Shown here: positions 51,977 through 64,000 of the stretch, one piece after another
Layout of the letters: each line of letters begins with the position of its first letter
Position numbering within the stretch: the stretch's first letter is position 1
Assembly: GCF_018350175.1 (NCBI RefSeq)
Contig: NC_058368.1
Location: 129,148,001 to 129,212,000 of the forward strand
Length of the DNA: 64,000 nucleotides
Origin: Felis catus
Taxonomy: Eukaryota
Reading direction: 5' to 3'
The notes under the pieces: generated by a model
The model's input: the letters and a program-made list of their open reading frames with translations, nothing else
The model's database searches: none
Told to the model about the DNA's origin: nothing
Translations under genes and position numbers: made by a program

Positions 51977-52205
51977 TTCTTTTTTTTTTAAATTTTTTTT
52001 TAACGTTTTTATTTATTTTTGAGACAGAGAGAGACAGAGCATGAACGGGGAGGGGCAGAGAGAGAGGGAGACACAGAATCGGAAGCAGGCTCCAGGCTCT
52101 GAGCCATCAGCACAGAGCCCGACTCGGGGCTCGAACTCACAGACCGTGAGATCGTGACCTGAGCTGAAGTCGGACGCTTAACCGACTGAGCCACCCAGGC
52201 GCCCC
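51977..52205 (-). mobile_element. Young felid Can-SINE
   Basis: CpG-rich body; perfect 15-bp TSD tgaggtcttcctttt at 51962-51976 and 52206-52220. Confidence 0.95.
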
Positions 52206-52239
52206 TGAGGTCTTCCTTTTGCAAGTAACAGAGGACCTG

Positions 52240-52635
52240 GCTGTGGCAGATGCTGCTGCCGCCTGCCTATATCCTCTCGGTCCCATCGTTTCATAAACTC
52301 CAACCCTGCTTCCAGCTGCCTGCTCCCTCAACTCTGTCTGAGGGCCTTTTCTGGAAGCAGAAGTCTGCTCTGCCTGTGCTCGGGTCAGGCCAGCTGTGCT
52401 AGGGAGGTATTGCCCTTTGTCCCTCTGTTTCCCAGAGTTTCTCCATGGGATTACACCCCAGGTGCCTGCAGTGAGACTTACTGGATCATTTCCGCTTTCC
52501 TGGCTTTCTTCCCTACCCTGGCTCACCCTTCTACCCCACAACTCTTCCTGTGCTTCCTGTGGTAATCTATTACATGAACCACTTGCTGGTCACTCTTTGT
52601 CCTAGGGTCTGCTTCGGGGCAAAATCAACAAAGAG
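52240..52635 (+). mobile_element. ERVL LTR16-like fragment
   Basis: ccctaccctggctcaccctt...gtgcttcctg...cctagggtctgcttcgggg LTR16-type 3' end. Confidence 0.5.
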
Positions 52636-54598
52636 GACCCCAAAATCTAACTGCCTTAAAGTAAAAAAGGAATTTATTGACTCATTCATTGAAAGTCTGG
52701 CTTCAGGACTTGCTTGATTGGGTTCATATGATGCCCACTCCCTTCCCTCAAGTCTTCTTTGGTTTGGCTCTATCCTCCAATTTTTCTAGCTGCCCTCGGG
52801 CCCACATTATCACAGTACCCATGCCAGGGGAGGAAAGAGGCCAATTCCCCGATGTCTTAAAATCCTGAAGAATGTCAGTCTTTACGGTTCCCTGTTGCCC
52901 AGACTTGAGCCACGTGCCATCCTTGTAGCATCCACGGTGGCCAGTCAGGTGGTGGTCTGGGGACTGCCCATCCTGAGTCAGGTGTTCTGCCCCTGAAAGG
53001 TCATAGAATGAGAGTGGGGTGGGTTCCTCGCCAAGAAATGGAAGAGCCATCACCCAGCAGAGGACCGAGCGGATGCTGCATTGAAGACACAGTGGAAGTC
53101 ACCAGCATCTGTGCTTTGCGGTTTTTCCTCACTCAAGGTTTGTTCCCAGTTACAGGGAGGATTCTGAGATTCAGAACCGTTAATTCATCCACGGTCACCC
53201 AGCTAGAAAGGGACAGAGTGAGCTGTTCACCCTGATTTAGCTGTTTCCGATGCTTTCCCTGCTACTGATAGGACATAAATGCATTTTTAACTTAAAACAT
53301 ATGGATATACACCTATTCCCCACCCTTGGATTTAGGGCCAAAGCCTCGTGTTCAGGGGTGGACTCTGCCGATTCCGGAATCCCCTCCGCTTTTTCACGTC
53401 GACCAGTGCCACAGTGCCTGGCCACCAATTCCAACTCCAGTGTCTTTCAAGGAGGAACTTCAAACTCATAGTGAGCAATCTGAACACGGCATTCTTTCTC
53501 GTTTTCGTGTGCCCCTCCTCCGTCTTTTACATCGGTCTCCTCCACTGCTATCTAATTTGACAGTCATCTTTTCTGGAAACGTGCCTTCATTGAGCTTTTC
53601 CAAAGCAATCAAGTTAATTTTCATGGAAACAAAAGTTCTCTTTTGTTTTGTATTTCACCAGTTTACAGGATAGTTAATTAAATTACTTGATCGCAGTGAC
53701 ACGCGCAGCTGGCGTCAGTAGGTTTGGGAACACACATAGCTGACTCTGGGCTGGCACACAGCTCAACTGGCAGAAGTGGCCCGCAGGGCGTTCTGGAGGG
53801 GCGATCTGCCAGCCGAGAGGGCCGGGCCGCTGTGGGCTGCAGACGGAAGCTTTTACAGACAGGGGAGCCCTGGCCAGTCGGGCCAGTGGGAGTGGGGTGG
53901 GGTGGGGAAGCCGAGTGAGGGCATTTCTCTGCGAGTGCCTAGAACAGTGCCTGCGACGTGGAAGGTGTTCATATACACTGGCTGCTGCTGGGGTAGATGG
54001 GATTAGCTATGGAATGTTCCTTCTGTGGCAGCCTCTCCCTGCCTAATGGTCTGAGGTGGTATAGGACGTGATGGGACCACACACCTTCACTGTCCTTAAG
54101 ACCATGGAAAGGACTTGTCCCTCATGTGACTGGAGAGCTTCACTGTGAAACAAAGACTGAGGTTGGGGTTGTCAAAGCCCCCCCCCCCACTCCAGAAAGC
54201 CAGGATCGCCTATGACCTTGTGACCTCTCAGGGGTCACAGACTGGGTATGCCTTTGTTGTTCTGTTACACGTACTGGCAGGTGAAGGGTATTTCTTTAGG
54301 GTCACCGCTGCCTGTGTGTGTGCTTTTGTGCAAATTCCACCTCCCTATGGGTGGAAGAGTGGTAAAAGGTGTCCTTTCGGGATACACAAGCCCCTTTTGC
54401 CAGGCCGGCATGGCCCCTTGGCAGAGCACATGGCTTGGCGAGTACAGCATAAACTCACTTACCACGTCCCTCATCCCGTCATCCAAGTGCCTTAGGGCAG
54501 TGCACAAACTGTGCAGCCACACAAGGCAGGCCTTTGGAATGTCGAATCCCCTCCTGGTTTGAATAATCTAGGCTGAGGGATAGAGTGTGGCAGTAAGA

Positions 54599-54772
54599 CA
54601 GTGCTCTTCCAAGTGTGGAGCTTGCCCCGGCAACATCCCTGGGAACTTGCTCGAAATGCAAATGAACGGCCCCTGCCCCAGGCCTGCTGATTCAGAATCT
54701 CTGGGGATGGGGTCCAGCTATGTGTGTTTTAACAAGCTGTTCAGGTGTTTCTGATGCTTACTGAGGACCGGG
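54599..54772. mobile_element. MER5A
   Basis: gggaacttgctcgaaatgcaaat...gattcagaatctctgggg...ttttaacaagc. Confidence 0.8.
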
Positions 54773-55879
54773 AGGCCCTGCAGTCCCCAGCTGCTGTGGA
54801 TCTTACGCCTGCCCACCTACCTCCAACCGCTGAACTCAGCCGAGTCTGTCCTTCCCTCTGCAGCCAGCAGATTTGAGTCCACCCAGGCTGGCTTCCCCTG
54901 GCCACTGGGCGCTCCTGCTTGTGCGGGACCGGACTTGGGAATATCACCAGGAGACCCGCCTCAACGAGCGCAACCCCTGCATTTCTCATGACATTTTTAC
55001 TTCATGGGAACGAGGGAAAGTATTCATTTCCTGGAGAGGAGGAGCTCTGCCAAGTCCAGGCAGAGCTGGGCCTCCTGGTCCAGGAGGTTGAAGGGCTGAA
55101 TGCCCTGCAGAATTGGGTCCGAAGGAGACGAGAGCTGGAAGGAGAGTGTTGGCGGATGTGGGGAAGTGAACTCCCACACCCCTGGCAAGTTCATCCTGTT
55201 GTTGTTAACCTTGAACCAAGGCAGAGGCTTGGGGGGGGTTGCTCACCTCCCTCCAGCCCCAAAGAAAATGCAGTTTCTTTATTTTCTGTGATGAGTCTGG
55301 TGTCCTTGTGAGCCTCAGATCAGTTCTCCTCTGCTCTCCACTCCTCTGGGATGAAGCACGTTTCATCAGTCAGTGGTTTCTCTGCTTTACATGTGTAAAC
55401 TGTCTCTGTCTGGTAAAATTCGGTCTCTTTCAAGTTTGAGCTCCGATGGAGGCTGCTGCATCCTTCTGCTTGCCTCTTTCTGAGATGAGGTCTGGGCGAG
55501 TGGGAGATTGTGGTCATCCGTCAGCCCAGTGCTTTGAGGTAACAATTAGGGCATTTTCAGGCAAAATAATGCCTCCCAGAGGCAGAGGAACCACTACTTG
55601 AGTTTAGAACGCCAGCAGTCTATGTTACAAACTCATTGAGGTCTAGTACAAATTTTAGTATTTGAAGCATTGAGAATTAGAAGCAGAAAGAGCAAAGCAA
55701 AACAAAACAAAACTCTTTATATGTGCAAAGGGGAAGAATTAGGCTAGCTTTCTCCTCCTTTTTCCCCTGGGAAAGAAATTTGAAAGAGTTGATTGCATTG
55801 CAGAAGTTGAGAGAAGCTTCTACCCTCTCAAAGTGGTGGGCCTGGTGGACATATCCTGCGTGGGTGCCTGCCAGAGAGC

Positions 55880-56400
55880 ACTGGACCCTGTGCTGGAAAG
55901 AGGGCTTTGTCATCAGAGAACCGGAAATCAGTGAGTACTGCATTTACTTGCTGTGTGATCTTGAGTGAATTTCTTGATTTATCTAACACTGGCTCCAAAT
56001 ACTGCACAGTAATATCAAATAGGCCTGTAGTACGAGGTGGGTAAGAATTAAGTAGGAGGATGTGCTTGAAGTACTGGCACATAGTAGGCATTCAGGTGTT
56101 AGCTCCTTTCCTTTGCTCTTGTCTATAAAACATTCTTGATGTTGTGGTGCAATGTGGACAGGTCCTAGTGAGTGCTGACGGGGAGTTGGTGCTCCTGGAG
56201 ACCGAGGTCAGGATTCAGGCTCCACGTGTTTCTAGTGGTGTGAACTGGAGAGTTGCTCAGTTTCTCTCAACCACAGTTTCTTCCTTCGTAAGACTAGAGA
56301 TTGCCTTAGGACTTACCTTAGATGATTCTTGAGAGGATTAACTAAGAAAATGTATGTAGAACTGTGTTTGAACAGAGCCAGGCATGTGTTACTAGAGGAG
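55880..56400 (+). mobile_element. Two diverged MIRs
   Basis: atttacttgctgtgtgatcttgag...ctggcacatagtaggcattca; cagtttcttccttcgtaa...tgagaggattaa. Confidence 0.6.
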
Positions 56401-57694
56401 GGCTATTAACTCAATTATGATAATCAAGCACGTAAGGCTTTCCTGGAGCTGTGACTGACTTTGCAACAAGCTCTTTTGGGTGCCATAAACGCAGAGACCA
56501 AGGAGTCACAGTTTGGGGCTGCAGGGATCGTTCAGTCTGGTTTGGGAGAGAGCAGATGAAGCCCGTGATTCTCATAGCAGGTGGGCGATGATGGCTGTGG
56601 GATAGATCAGGGCATCCAGGAGGGTCCCAGCTATGGATGGTCTGGGTGGGAGGTGGAAGGGCAACAGAGGGATGGCGTGGGAAGGACATTCCAGGGAAGG
56701 AGAGTTCAGAGGCAGAGGTGGGGAGGCTGCAAGGCGAGATGAGGCACAGAAGCTGTCAAGTTCAGGTGGAGCCTGGATCCTGTTCTGTGCTGAGGAGGAG
56801 GCATAGGGTAGATAACCTAGGCTGTCAGCTCCACACAGGCATGCACTGCTGTCTGCTCTGTAGTACTGTCTCCTGAGCCCCCACAGCACTGCCTGGCAGG
56901 TAGGAAACCATATATCATTGGTAGACTAGAGGAAACTTAAAGAAGAGGTTGAGAATGGAGGCAAGAGGGGTCATACCCCAGGACCAGTTCTGGCAGAGAA
57001 GAGGTCTGGAGCAAGGAATGGAGTTGGTGTGCAGCCTTCCCTCTGCCAGGAGTGTGGAGGCAGGCACACCTGGGCCACAGTTCCCTGGGTGGCAGTGAGT
57101 GTGCAGGAGGGAGAGAGTGGGTGGGGCCCTGCCTCGGGTGGTGGTGGTCCAGGCCAGTGCCCCTGCGAGGCTGCAGTTTTGACTTAGCAGTTGTGCCAGT
57201 GGGAGGAGAGCCCCTAGGAGACTGGGGGTGCTGCGGAGGGTCCAGAGTGAGGTCAACCCTGACGCTGAGGCGCTTTTCTCTCACTGGCCTCAGCTGATCG
57301 TGTGGGTGCAAGGAAAGGCACCAGGGTTGGGGGTCCATCAAAGCTTCACAAGGCACTGGATTTGGGCAGTGGAACCAAGTGATGGGCCATGGTGTCTGGC
57401 CTGGGAAGAGAAAGGCAGAAGATAGAAAGGATCTGGCCAAGTGCACAAGGAAGGAAGTCAGGAGGCTAAGGCTGAAGCCGGAGGTGCCATCTCAATGCAC
57501 AGGTGCAGCTTTCTTGCCATTGCCGGGAATTTACTGCCATCTCTGTATATGTAATTTTCTCATCCTTCAAGGCTTTGAAGGATGTTTGAGCATCTCATGG
57601 GGGAAATTTCTTCCTCTCTTCAACTATCCTCTTTGGGGTTCTAATTATTGGCCTTGACAGCTTGACTCCCTCATGGAAACATCATCTTCTAGAT

Positions 57695-57906
57695 GGGGCG
57701 CCTGAGTGGCTCAGTCAGTTAAGCATCTGACTCTTGATTTCAACTCAGGTGATGATCCAGAAGTTCATGAGTTCAAGCCCCACATGCGGCTCTGTGGTGA
57801 CAGACGGGAACCTGCTTGGGATTCTCTCTCTCTCCCTCTCTCTCTCTCTCTCTGCCCCTCCCACACTTGCTCTCTCTCTCTCTTTAAAAAATAAATAAAA
57901 AAAGAA
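57695..57906 (+). mobile_element. Can-SINE
   Basis: ggggcgcctgagtggctcagtcagttaag head, (CT)n and A tail; degenerate TSD ggaaa...ctaga. Confidence 0.92.
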
Positions 57907-60245
57907 GGAAATGTAATCTCCTAGAGACCACCATAGGCTTCACCCCCTTGGTCTCTGCGGAGTCTGCTGAAGTTTGTCTTATGTAGCATAGGTGAATACA
58001 TATTTTTGAAATGAACGGACAGATCATTCTATTTCTGGTCAATGTTCCCTTAGAATTAAAAAAAAAAACCCAGTAATTCAATCTGTAGATTCTTTTTCTG
58101 TAGAAAAGCAACATTGTGTGGGAAAAACACAATGGCTTTGAGACGTGGAGTTCCTCGTTGTGAAATGCATCGATGTCCTAGGGATCAGAAATAATATATA
58201 AGCCAGTGGGCTTCTAGCACAGTGTGATAGGACATTATAAAGACACCCCTTGCTCTGGGATGACACAGTGCTCAGGGACAAAGGGTTCGGCAAGTGCATT
58301 TTAGTCCCTGCTTGCCCCTCAGCTGGCCACCTTTGTGCAGGGCACATCTGGAGACTGTGGGTTTGCTGAAATGCCTGGGATGCAGTAGGCATTAAATGAA
58401 AGCAGCAATTATATTTATACTTATTATTAATACAATATTATTATTATTGTTCACGGTGCCCATCTGGCACTGCATAGATTCTTTGGTTAATATTTCTCTA
58501 CAATTGGAATTTCTCTGTTTTACAGATTCAAGTCATAGGCACACAGTAGCACAGTCAGTCTTGAAGAAGGAAAATGAAAGGGTGTTGTAAATGATGCTAT
58601 TAGAATTATACTTTCCTCATTACAGAAGTAATATGATCCGGCTTTAGGGCTCTAAGTTGTCACAGATGCTGAAATTTAAAAGACAGGGCCTAGAACAGAG
58701 CCCTAGAGTATAAGGAATGATTGTAGAAAGCCATATAAATGGATTTGATCTCTTGTTAGTGGTCTGTATTCTCTTGGTAGGGCTAGGGGAGCCAACTTAT
58801 TATCAATAAAAAAGAATAAACACTTTATAGGAAGCTATTTTCTCTGTCACCAAATGTTTTATATACCTGTCAATAATTGTAACTGTTAAATATGACATAT
58901 TGATGAATACAGTGGGACAACAGGATGCTTTTTTCTGATTAGGGTGAAAAGACTTTATAGTCTTTATTTTATGGATGGAAGCAATCCAGCTCACAAACTT
59001 CAGCTATCTATAATCCTCTATGGGAAGGCAAGGAAAGAAAAAGAAAATTCTGCAAGGAGCTCTTTTAGCCAGGAGTCCAACCCTGTGGACCTGACCCTTC
59101 TTACTGAACTTGTAGAATTGGCTTCCCAGGCTGCCCGGAGGGTCTCCGGATAATTCCAGCCCTTGTTTCTTGGGAAGACCTGTGGGTAGGAACTGCCTGG
59201 TGACTATGTGATTAAGGGCGGGGGCAGGGGGCCTGTACTCTGGACAATTGTCCATCACTGTCTCATGCACATGATCTTTGCTGTCTGGTTGGACCAGAAG
59301 TGGCAGTCAGCAGGTCTTTGGGTTGGAAGAGCAAACTTTAAAAGGCAGAGAGAAACACATCTGGAGGGGAGTTTGTGTGACTATCTGGTTCATAGTAATC
59401 GATCTGTCCCCAGTATCTCCATCTCTCTTGTCTTTACATGCATCATGAAGTTCTGCCCAGTTTCCTTTATAGATATGTAGATCGCTCCATTTCCCTTCAT
59501 CCCGGCCACCACCCCAGTCCAGGCTGCCTCCACCTTGCACTTGCCAGTGCTGCAATAGCCAGAGAGTGCCCTCAAGCAGAGAGACCTGGAAACCACATTG
59601 TGTCCCTGACTGAGGTGCCCAGGCCCTCCAGGGTAGGCCAGGGGGTTTGGGCAAGGTCTCATAGAGCCCCTTTCCCTTCCCAAGAAGTTTGTGCCTGCTC
59701 TCTCTCCTGCTCTCTCTCAACTGCCCTTCTTCACTTACTTGAGTCCGGCTCACTCTTTGCTTTTAGGTTGAACCCTCCCTCCATCAGGGAGGTTTTCGCT
59801 GACATCCCCTGAAACTGCCATGTTACATGGCTTTGTTGACACCTTCTCTTCCCCTCCTTCAATAGAATCCTGGGAGGGAAAACAGTATTTGTTGATGTAT
59901 CCAGTAAGTGGGAATGAGAGTTCTGCTTTAAAGATTGGTTGTCTGAGAAGGGATATGGTTGTTCTTCAGACTGATGATTCATTTAATAACAGATGTAAGA
60001 ACTTAAAGAAAATCTGTGAATTAGTGTGGGTAGAGCTTGCAACCTAACCAAAAAGCAACATGATAGCAATTTAGGCTGTGCTTGGACTTTTCTTGAATGT
60101 AGGTCTAACAAGTCTAAAAGGCACCTCATCAGAGGTCTACATCAGAGCCTGGAGTCAGAGAACACAGGAGACTTGAGGGCTGAGCCTTTGTCCCTTTTGA
60201 GAGTCAGAATTTGAAAGGGGCGGTACAGAAAGCACTGTTAAGAAT

Positions 60246-60247
<2 letters not shown>

Positions 60248-60294
<47 letters not shown>

Positions 60295-60339
60295 CACATC
60301 CTATTGGTTCTTTTTCTCTGGAGAATCCTCACTAATACA
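60248..60339 (+). mobile_element. (TG)n plus MLT2 (ERVL LTR) 3' terminus
   Basis: atcctattggttctttttctctggagaatcctcactaataca matches the MLT2 3' end. Confidence 0.75.
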
Positions 60340-60544
60340 GAACAGGTAGTGTGACACAACCTTAGTTTTATGGATCATATTTTATTATTATATCTAGTTT
60401 GTGGGGAGATCACAGGAATGACTTGTGCCAAGAACTCAGAGGTCTCTGTAAGGAATCTTATGACCTTCAAGTCAAACAAAAGTAAAATAATTCCTGTCAG
60501 TACTCTTGCTAACTCTTCAATCTCCATTTTTAAGAGCTAATTTT

Positions 60545-61030
60545 CCCAAGATCACTGAGTTTCTAGTACGTGCCAGACCCTGTTCTAAATGCTTTTTGTA
60601 TTATCTCAATCCTCACCGCATTCTTTTTTTAATGTTTACTTATTTATTTTGAGAAGGAGAGAGGGAAAGAGGGAGAGAGAGGGAGAGAGAATGAGCGGGG
60701 GAAGGGCAGAAGGAGGGAGGGAGAGATAGAATCCCAAACAGGCTCCACACTGTCAGCACAGAGCCCGATGCAGGACTTGATCCCAGGAACCATGAAATCA
60801 TGACCTGATCAGAAACCAAGAGTCGGACACTCAACTCACTGTGTCACAGGCACCCCCGATCCTCTCACTACATTCTTAAGTGGTATGTATTATTGTTACC
60901 CTCTTTGTTCAGATGGAGAAACTGAGGAACCAAGAGGTTAAGCATTCATCCCAAGATGACCCAGCTAAGGAGTGGCAGAGCTTGGACTAGAACCCTGGCA
61001 GTCTGACCCTAGAGTCCAGGCTTGCTTACT
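60545..61030 (-). mobile_element. MIR interrupted by a Can-SINE (60624-60857, minus)
   Basis: tgccagaccctgttctaaatgc...agatggagaaactgagg MIR core on either side of the SINE body. Confidence 0.85.
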
Positions 61031-61239
61031 TACATGGCTTTTTACACTTTAAAGGATGATAGAATGGGATTCATACACCCACCCCTGACTTTAGGAACTA
61101 GAATATTACTAATAATTTGCATCTTCCTTTGGGTTTCTCCCCCTCCTATTCCTCTGCCTTTCCCACACCCGCATCTGCACAGCTTACTGGTTGGTTAGAG
61201 TTGGTGGCCATTTTGGTTGGCGCTAACAGGTTGCATTTT

Positions 61240-62620
61240 GAATATCAGTTGTGTACAGAGGTAATCACTATCCTGAATTTTGTGTATCTTTCTTCTCAAA
61301 AAAGTGGCTTCAATACAAATGTATGCCTGTGTAAACAATAATTTGTGTGTGTTTTTGAACTTTTTATCCAATATGACAGCTTTTAGATAGTATCTTAGGG
61401 CTTGTTGTTATTTCTACACTTCATCCATATTGTTTGTGGAGCTGTACTTTGATTATTTTAACTGCTGTATAGTATTCCCTTGTATGATTTTTTTTTTTTA
61501 AACCTCAGTTTAATTGTTCATTCTGCCTCAGTGGGATGGTTCCCCCAGTTTCTTCCAATGCCAATCTGTGCTCCTAAGAACAATCTTATTATGCCTCTTT
61601 GTGTACATGTGTAAAAGTTTCTATAGGGCATTTGCTTAGGACTGAATTCTTGGGTTGTAGCATATGCAAATGTTCAACCTAAAGCCTTTATTTAAAAAGT
61701 AACACTAGCTGCTGTCAAAGAAAACAAGCAAAATCTTAGGGACACAATGGAAGGGTTTTTATTCATGCAAACTCTATTTTTAGATGGGATGGGGGTGGGG
61801 TGCGAGGTGTGCCGCACCCCCCCTCATCATTCAGGAGTTCAGGATGATGGAAGTGCCCCAGCTTGAAGATGAGGCATCCAAATACACGTTGGGAGCATAC
61901 AAATAACTAATAGATGAGGAAGTGAGAGATACAAAGGACGTTTTACTGTCAAGTCAGGGAAGTGGCTCCAGTCATTTCTGCTTGTGTTCCATTGGCTCAG
62001 ATCTCAGTCACAGGGTTGTACCCAAGTGCAAAGGAGACTGGGAAATGTAGTCTTTCTGGGTCCGCAGGACAAAAATGAAATGGATTTGGTGAACAGCTAG
62101 TGTAAAACAATCCCAAATTGGTTTTCTAAGGTGATCTTTAGAATCTGATTTGGCAGGATATAAGAGTTTTGGTGATCTCAATTTTCTCCACCATGTACTG
62201 TTAACTTTTTAAGTTTTTCCAGTATAAATATAAAGTGTTATCATGGTCTTAATTTCTATTTCCCTGATCTCTATTGAGGTTGAGCATCTTTTCTGATATG
62301 TATGAGTTACATATTTCCTCTACTCGAAAGTACTTGTTTATGTATTTTGCCCAATTTTCTGTTGTGTAGTGTTGAAAACATTTTTTATATGTTCTGGATA
62401 CCAAAACATAGTAGGTTTCCTGTATTCCAAATATCTTCTCTGGATTTTTACTTGACTTTTCAGTTTTTAAAGTTTAATTTAATGAAAAAAGTTCTCAATT
62501 ACCATGTAATATAATTTACCAATACTTCTTTTTCGGTTAGTGTGTTTGGCATCCTGTTTAAGCAATGCTTTCCTACCTCTAATGTCAGAAAGAGATTCTT
62601 CTGTATTTTAAAACTCCCAT
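61240..62620 (-). mobile_element. Old L1ME-like fragments with an inserted MLT1I/J-like LTR (~61690-62105)
   Basis: ttaactgctgtatagtattcc, gaggttgagcatcttttt (L1); attggctcagatctcagtcacagg...ggagactgggaaatgtagtc (MLT). Confidence 0.6.
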
Positions 62621-62659
62621 CTTTATTTGGTAAATAAACTCCTTCCCCACTCCCTACAG

Positions 62660-63530
62660 CTTGTTATTTTAAACATTTCAAACCTACAGATGGGGATGTG
62701 AGAAACACAAAGGACATTTTAGTTGCAAAGTTGCAAGAATAGTGCAACAAGTGCCCATTAATCCTTCACTGGACCCATCAACTGTTAGTATTTTGCCAGA
62801 TTAGTTTTATCTCTCTATATACATATACACATTATTATGACTATTTGCTAAGCCATTTGAAAGTAAGTTGCAGACCTGACTCCTCAAATACTTCAGCGTA
62901 TATCTCCTAAGAATAAGGACATTCTCTTATAATAAAACCACAATACAAGCATAAAATTTTCTACATTTTTTAATTAAATTTTTTAAACTGTTTATTTATT
63001 TTTGAGAGAGAGATAGAGAGAGACAGAGAGTTAGTGGGGGAGAGGCAGAGAGAGAGACACACACACACACACACACACAGAATCTGAATCAGGCTCCAGG
63101 TTCTGAGCTGTCAGAACAGAGCCCGACGTGGGGTTCCAACTCACGGACCTTGAGATCGTGACCTGAGCTGCAGTCAGACGCTTAACCAACTGAGCCACCC
63201 AGGCACACCCAAATTTTTGAAACTTAACATTGATCCAATACTATAGTCTATCACACAGTCCTGTTTAGTGTCCTTCGACTTTAGAACAGTCCCTGAGTCA
63301 TGACGTAGACATTTCTGAGAAGCAGAGCCTAGTTGTTTTGTAGAATTCCCTCAGTTTGGGTTTGTCTGGTATTTCTTTACAATTCAGTCCTGGTTATGCT
63401 GGTTTTGGCAAGAATATCACATAAGTGACATTCTGTCCTTCTGAGTGCATCATTTTAGGAAGCATGTCATATCTGTTTGTCCCATTTTTGGTGATGTTAA
63501 GTTTGATCATGTGGTTATGGTGGTGCCTAC
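62660..63530 (-). mobile_element. L1MC-like 3' end interrupted by a Can-SINE (62966-63210, minus)
   Basis: agccatttgaaagtaagttgcagac...aaatacttcagc...ctaagaataaggacattctctta; SINE body with (GA)/(CA) runs. Confidence 0.75.
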
Positions 63531-64000
63531 TTTCATGATTAACAAATAGTTTTCAGAGAGAGAGAAAGCAGGTTTTAAACTAAAAACACTTACATAGTTG
63601 GATAGTGTTGACAAAACCTTTACGAAATCCAGCCCATTGCTGCTGCTGGGAAGAAGTTATAGGAAGTAAATTCTCCGTCTTTAAAACTAGGAAAGTGAAG
63701 GTACTTTTTCTTTTCAAAAATGGAGAAATAAAAACCTTTTGCCTTTTTAAAATTTGTAGGGGAGGAAATACAGAGAAGGCAATATATCAATACAGGTGAA
63801 AATGCAGTGTGTGAATTTCAGTGCTCCGGACTTGTGGCACTCGCCCAGAGTAACTGAACGACGGGGATATACCTTGCAAAGGTAGAGAACTATATATATA
63901 CATACATGTGATAGTGCAGAGAGTAGTGCATGTTCCCAGCCAGGTCGTTTCAGTAACAGCAGGAGACAGGAGACCATACGCCCAGCCAAATGGTGTCTTG

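Overview
Felid genomic DNA (tRNA-derived Can-SINE/SINEC_Fc-type elements throughout; probably cat lineage). Bases 1-~6850 hold the 3' end of ZSWIM6 on the + strand: three coding exons (308-471, 2203-2284, 4095-4957), which splice in frame to a C-terminus ending ...MLVRERFG, followed by a ~1.9 kb AU-rich 3'UTR. The remaining ~57 kb is intergenic and dominated by SINEs, L1/HAL1/L2 fragments, MIRs, MaLR/ERVL LTRs, hAT/Tigger DNA-transposon relics and microsatellites. Nearly all other ORFs in the track are chance or repeat-derived. I found no convincing new multi-gene system. The most interesting observations are: (i) an 84-bp templated copy of a SINE head plus its unique flank (37267-37350) inside another SINE (31914-31997), next to a second 46-bp local duplication; (ii) a candidate in-frame 30/36-nt ZSWIM6 microexon ending at 174; (iii) a decayed minus-strand reading frame at ~35180-35530 with speculative similarity to the bornavirus nucleoprotein C-terminus. 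Repeat family names and boundaries are by-eye and approximate.
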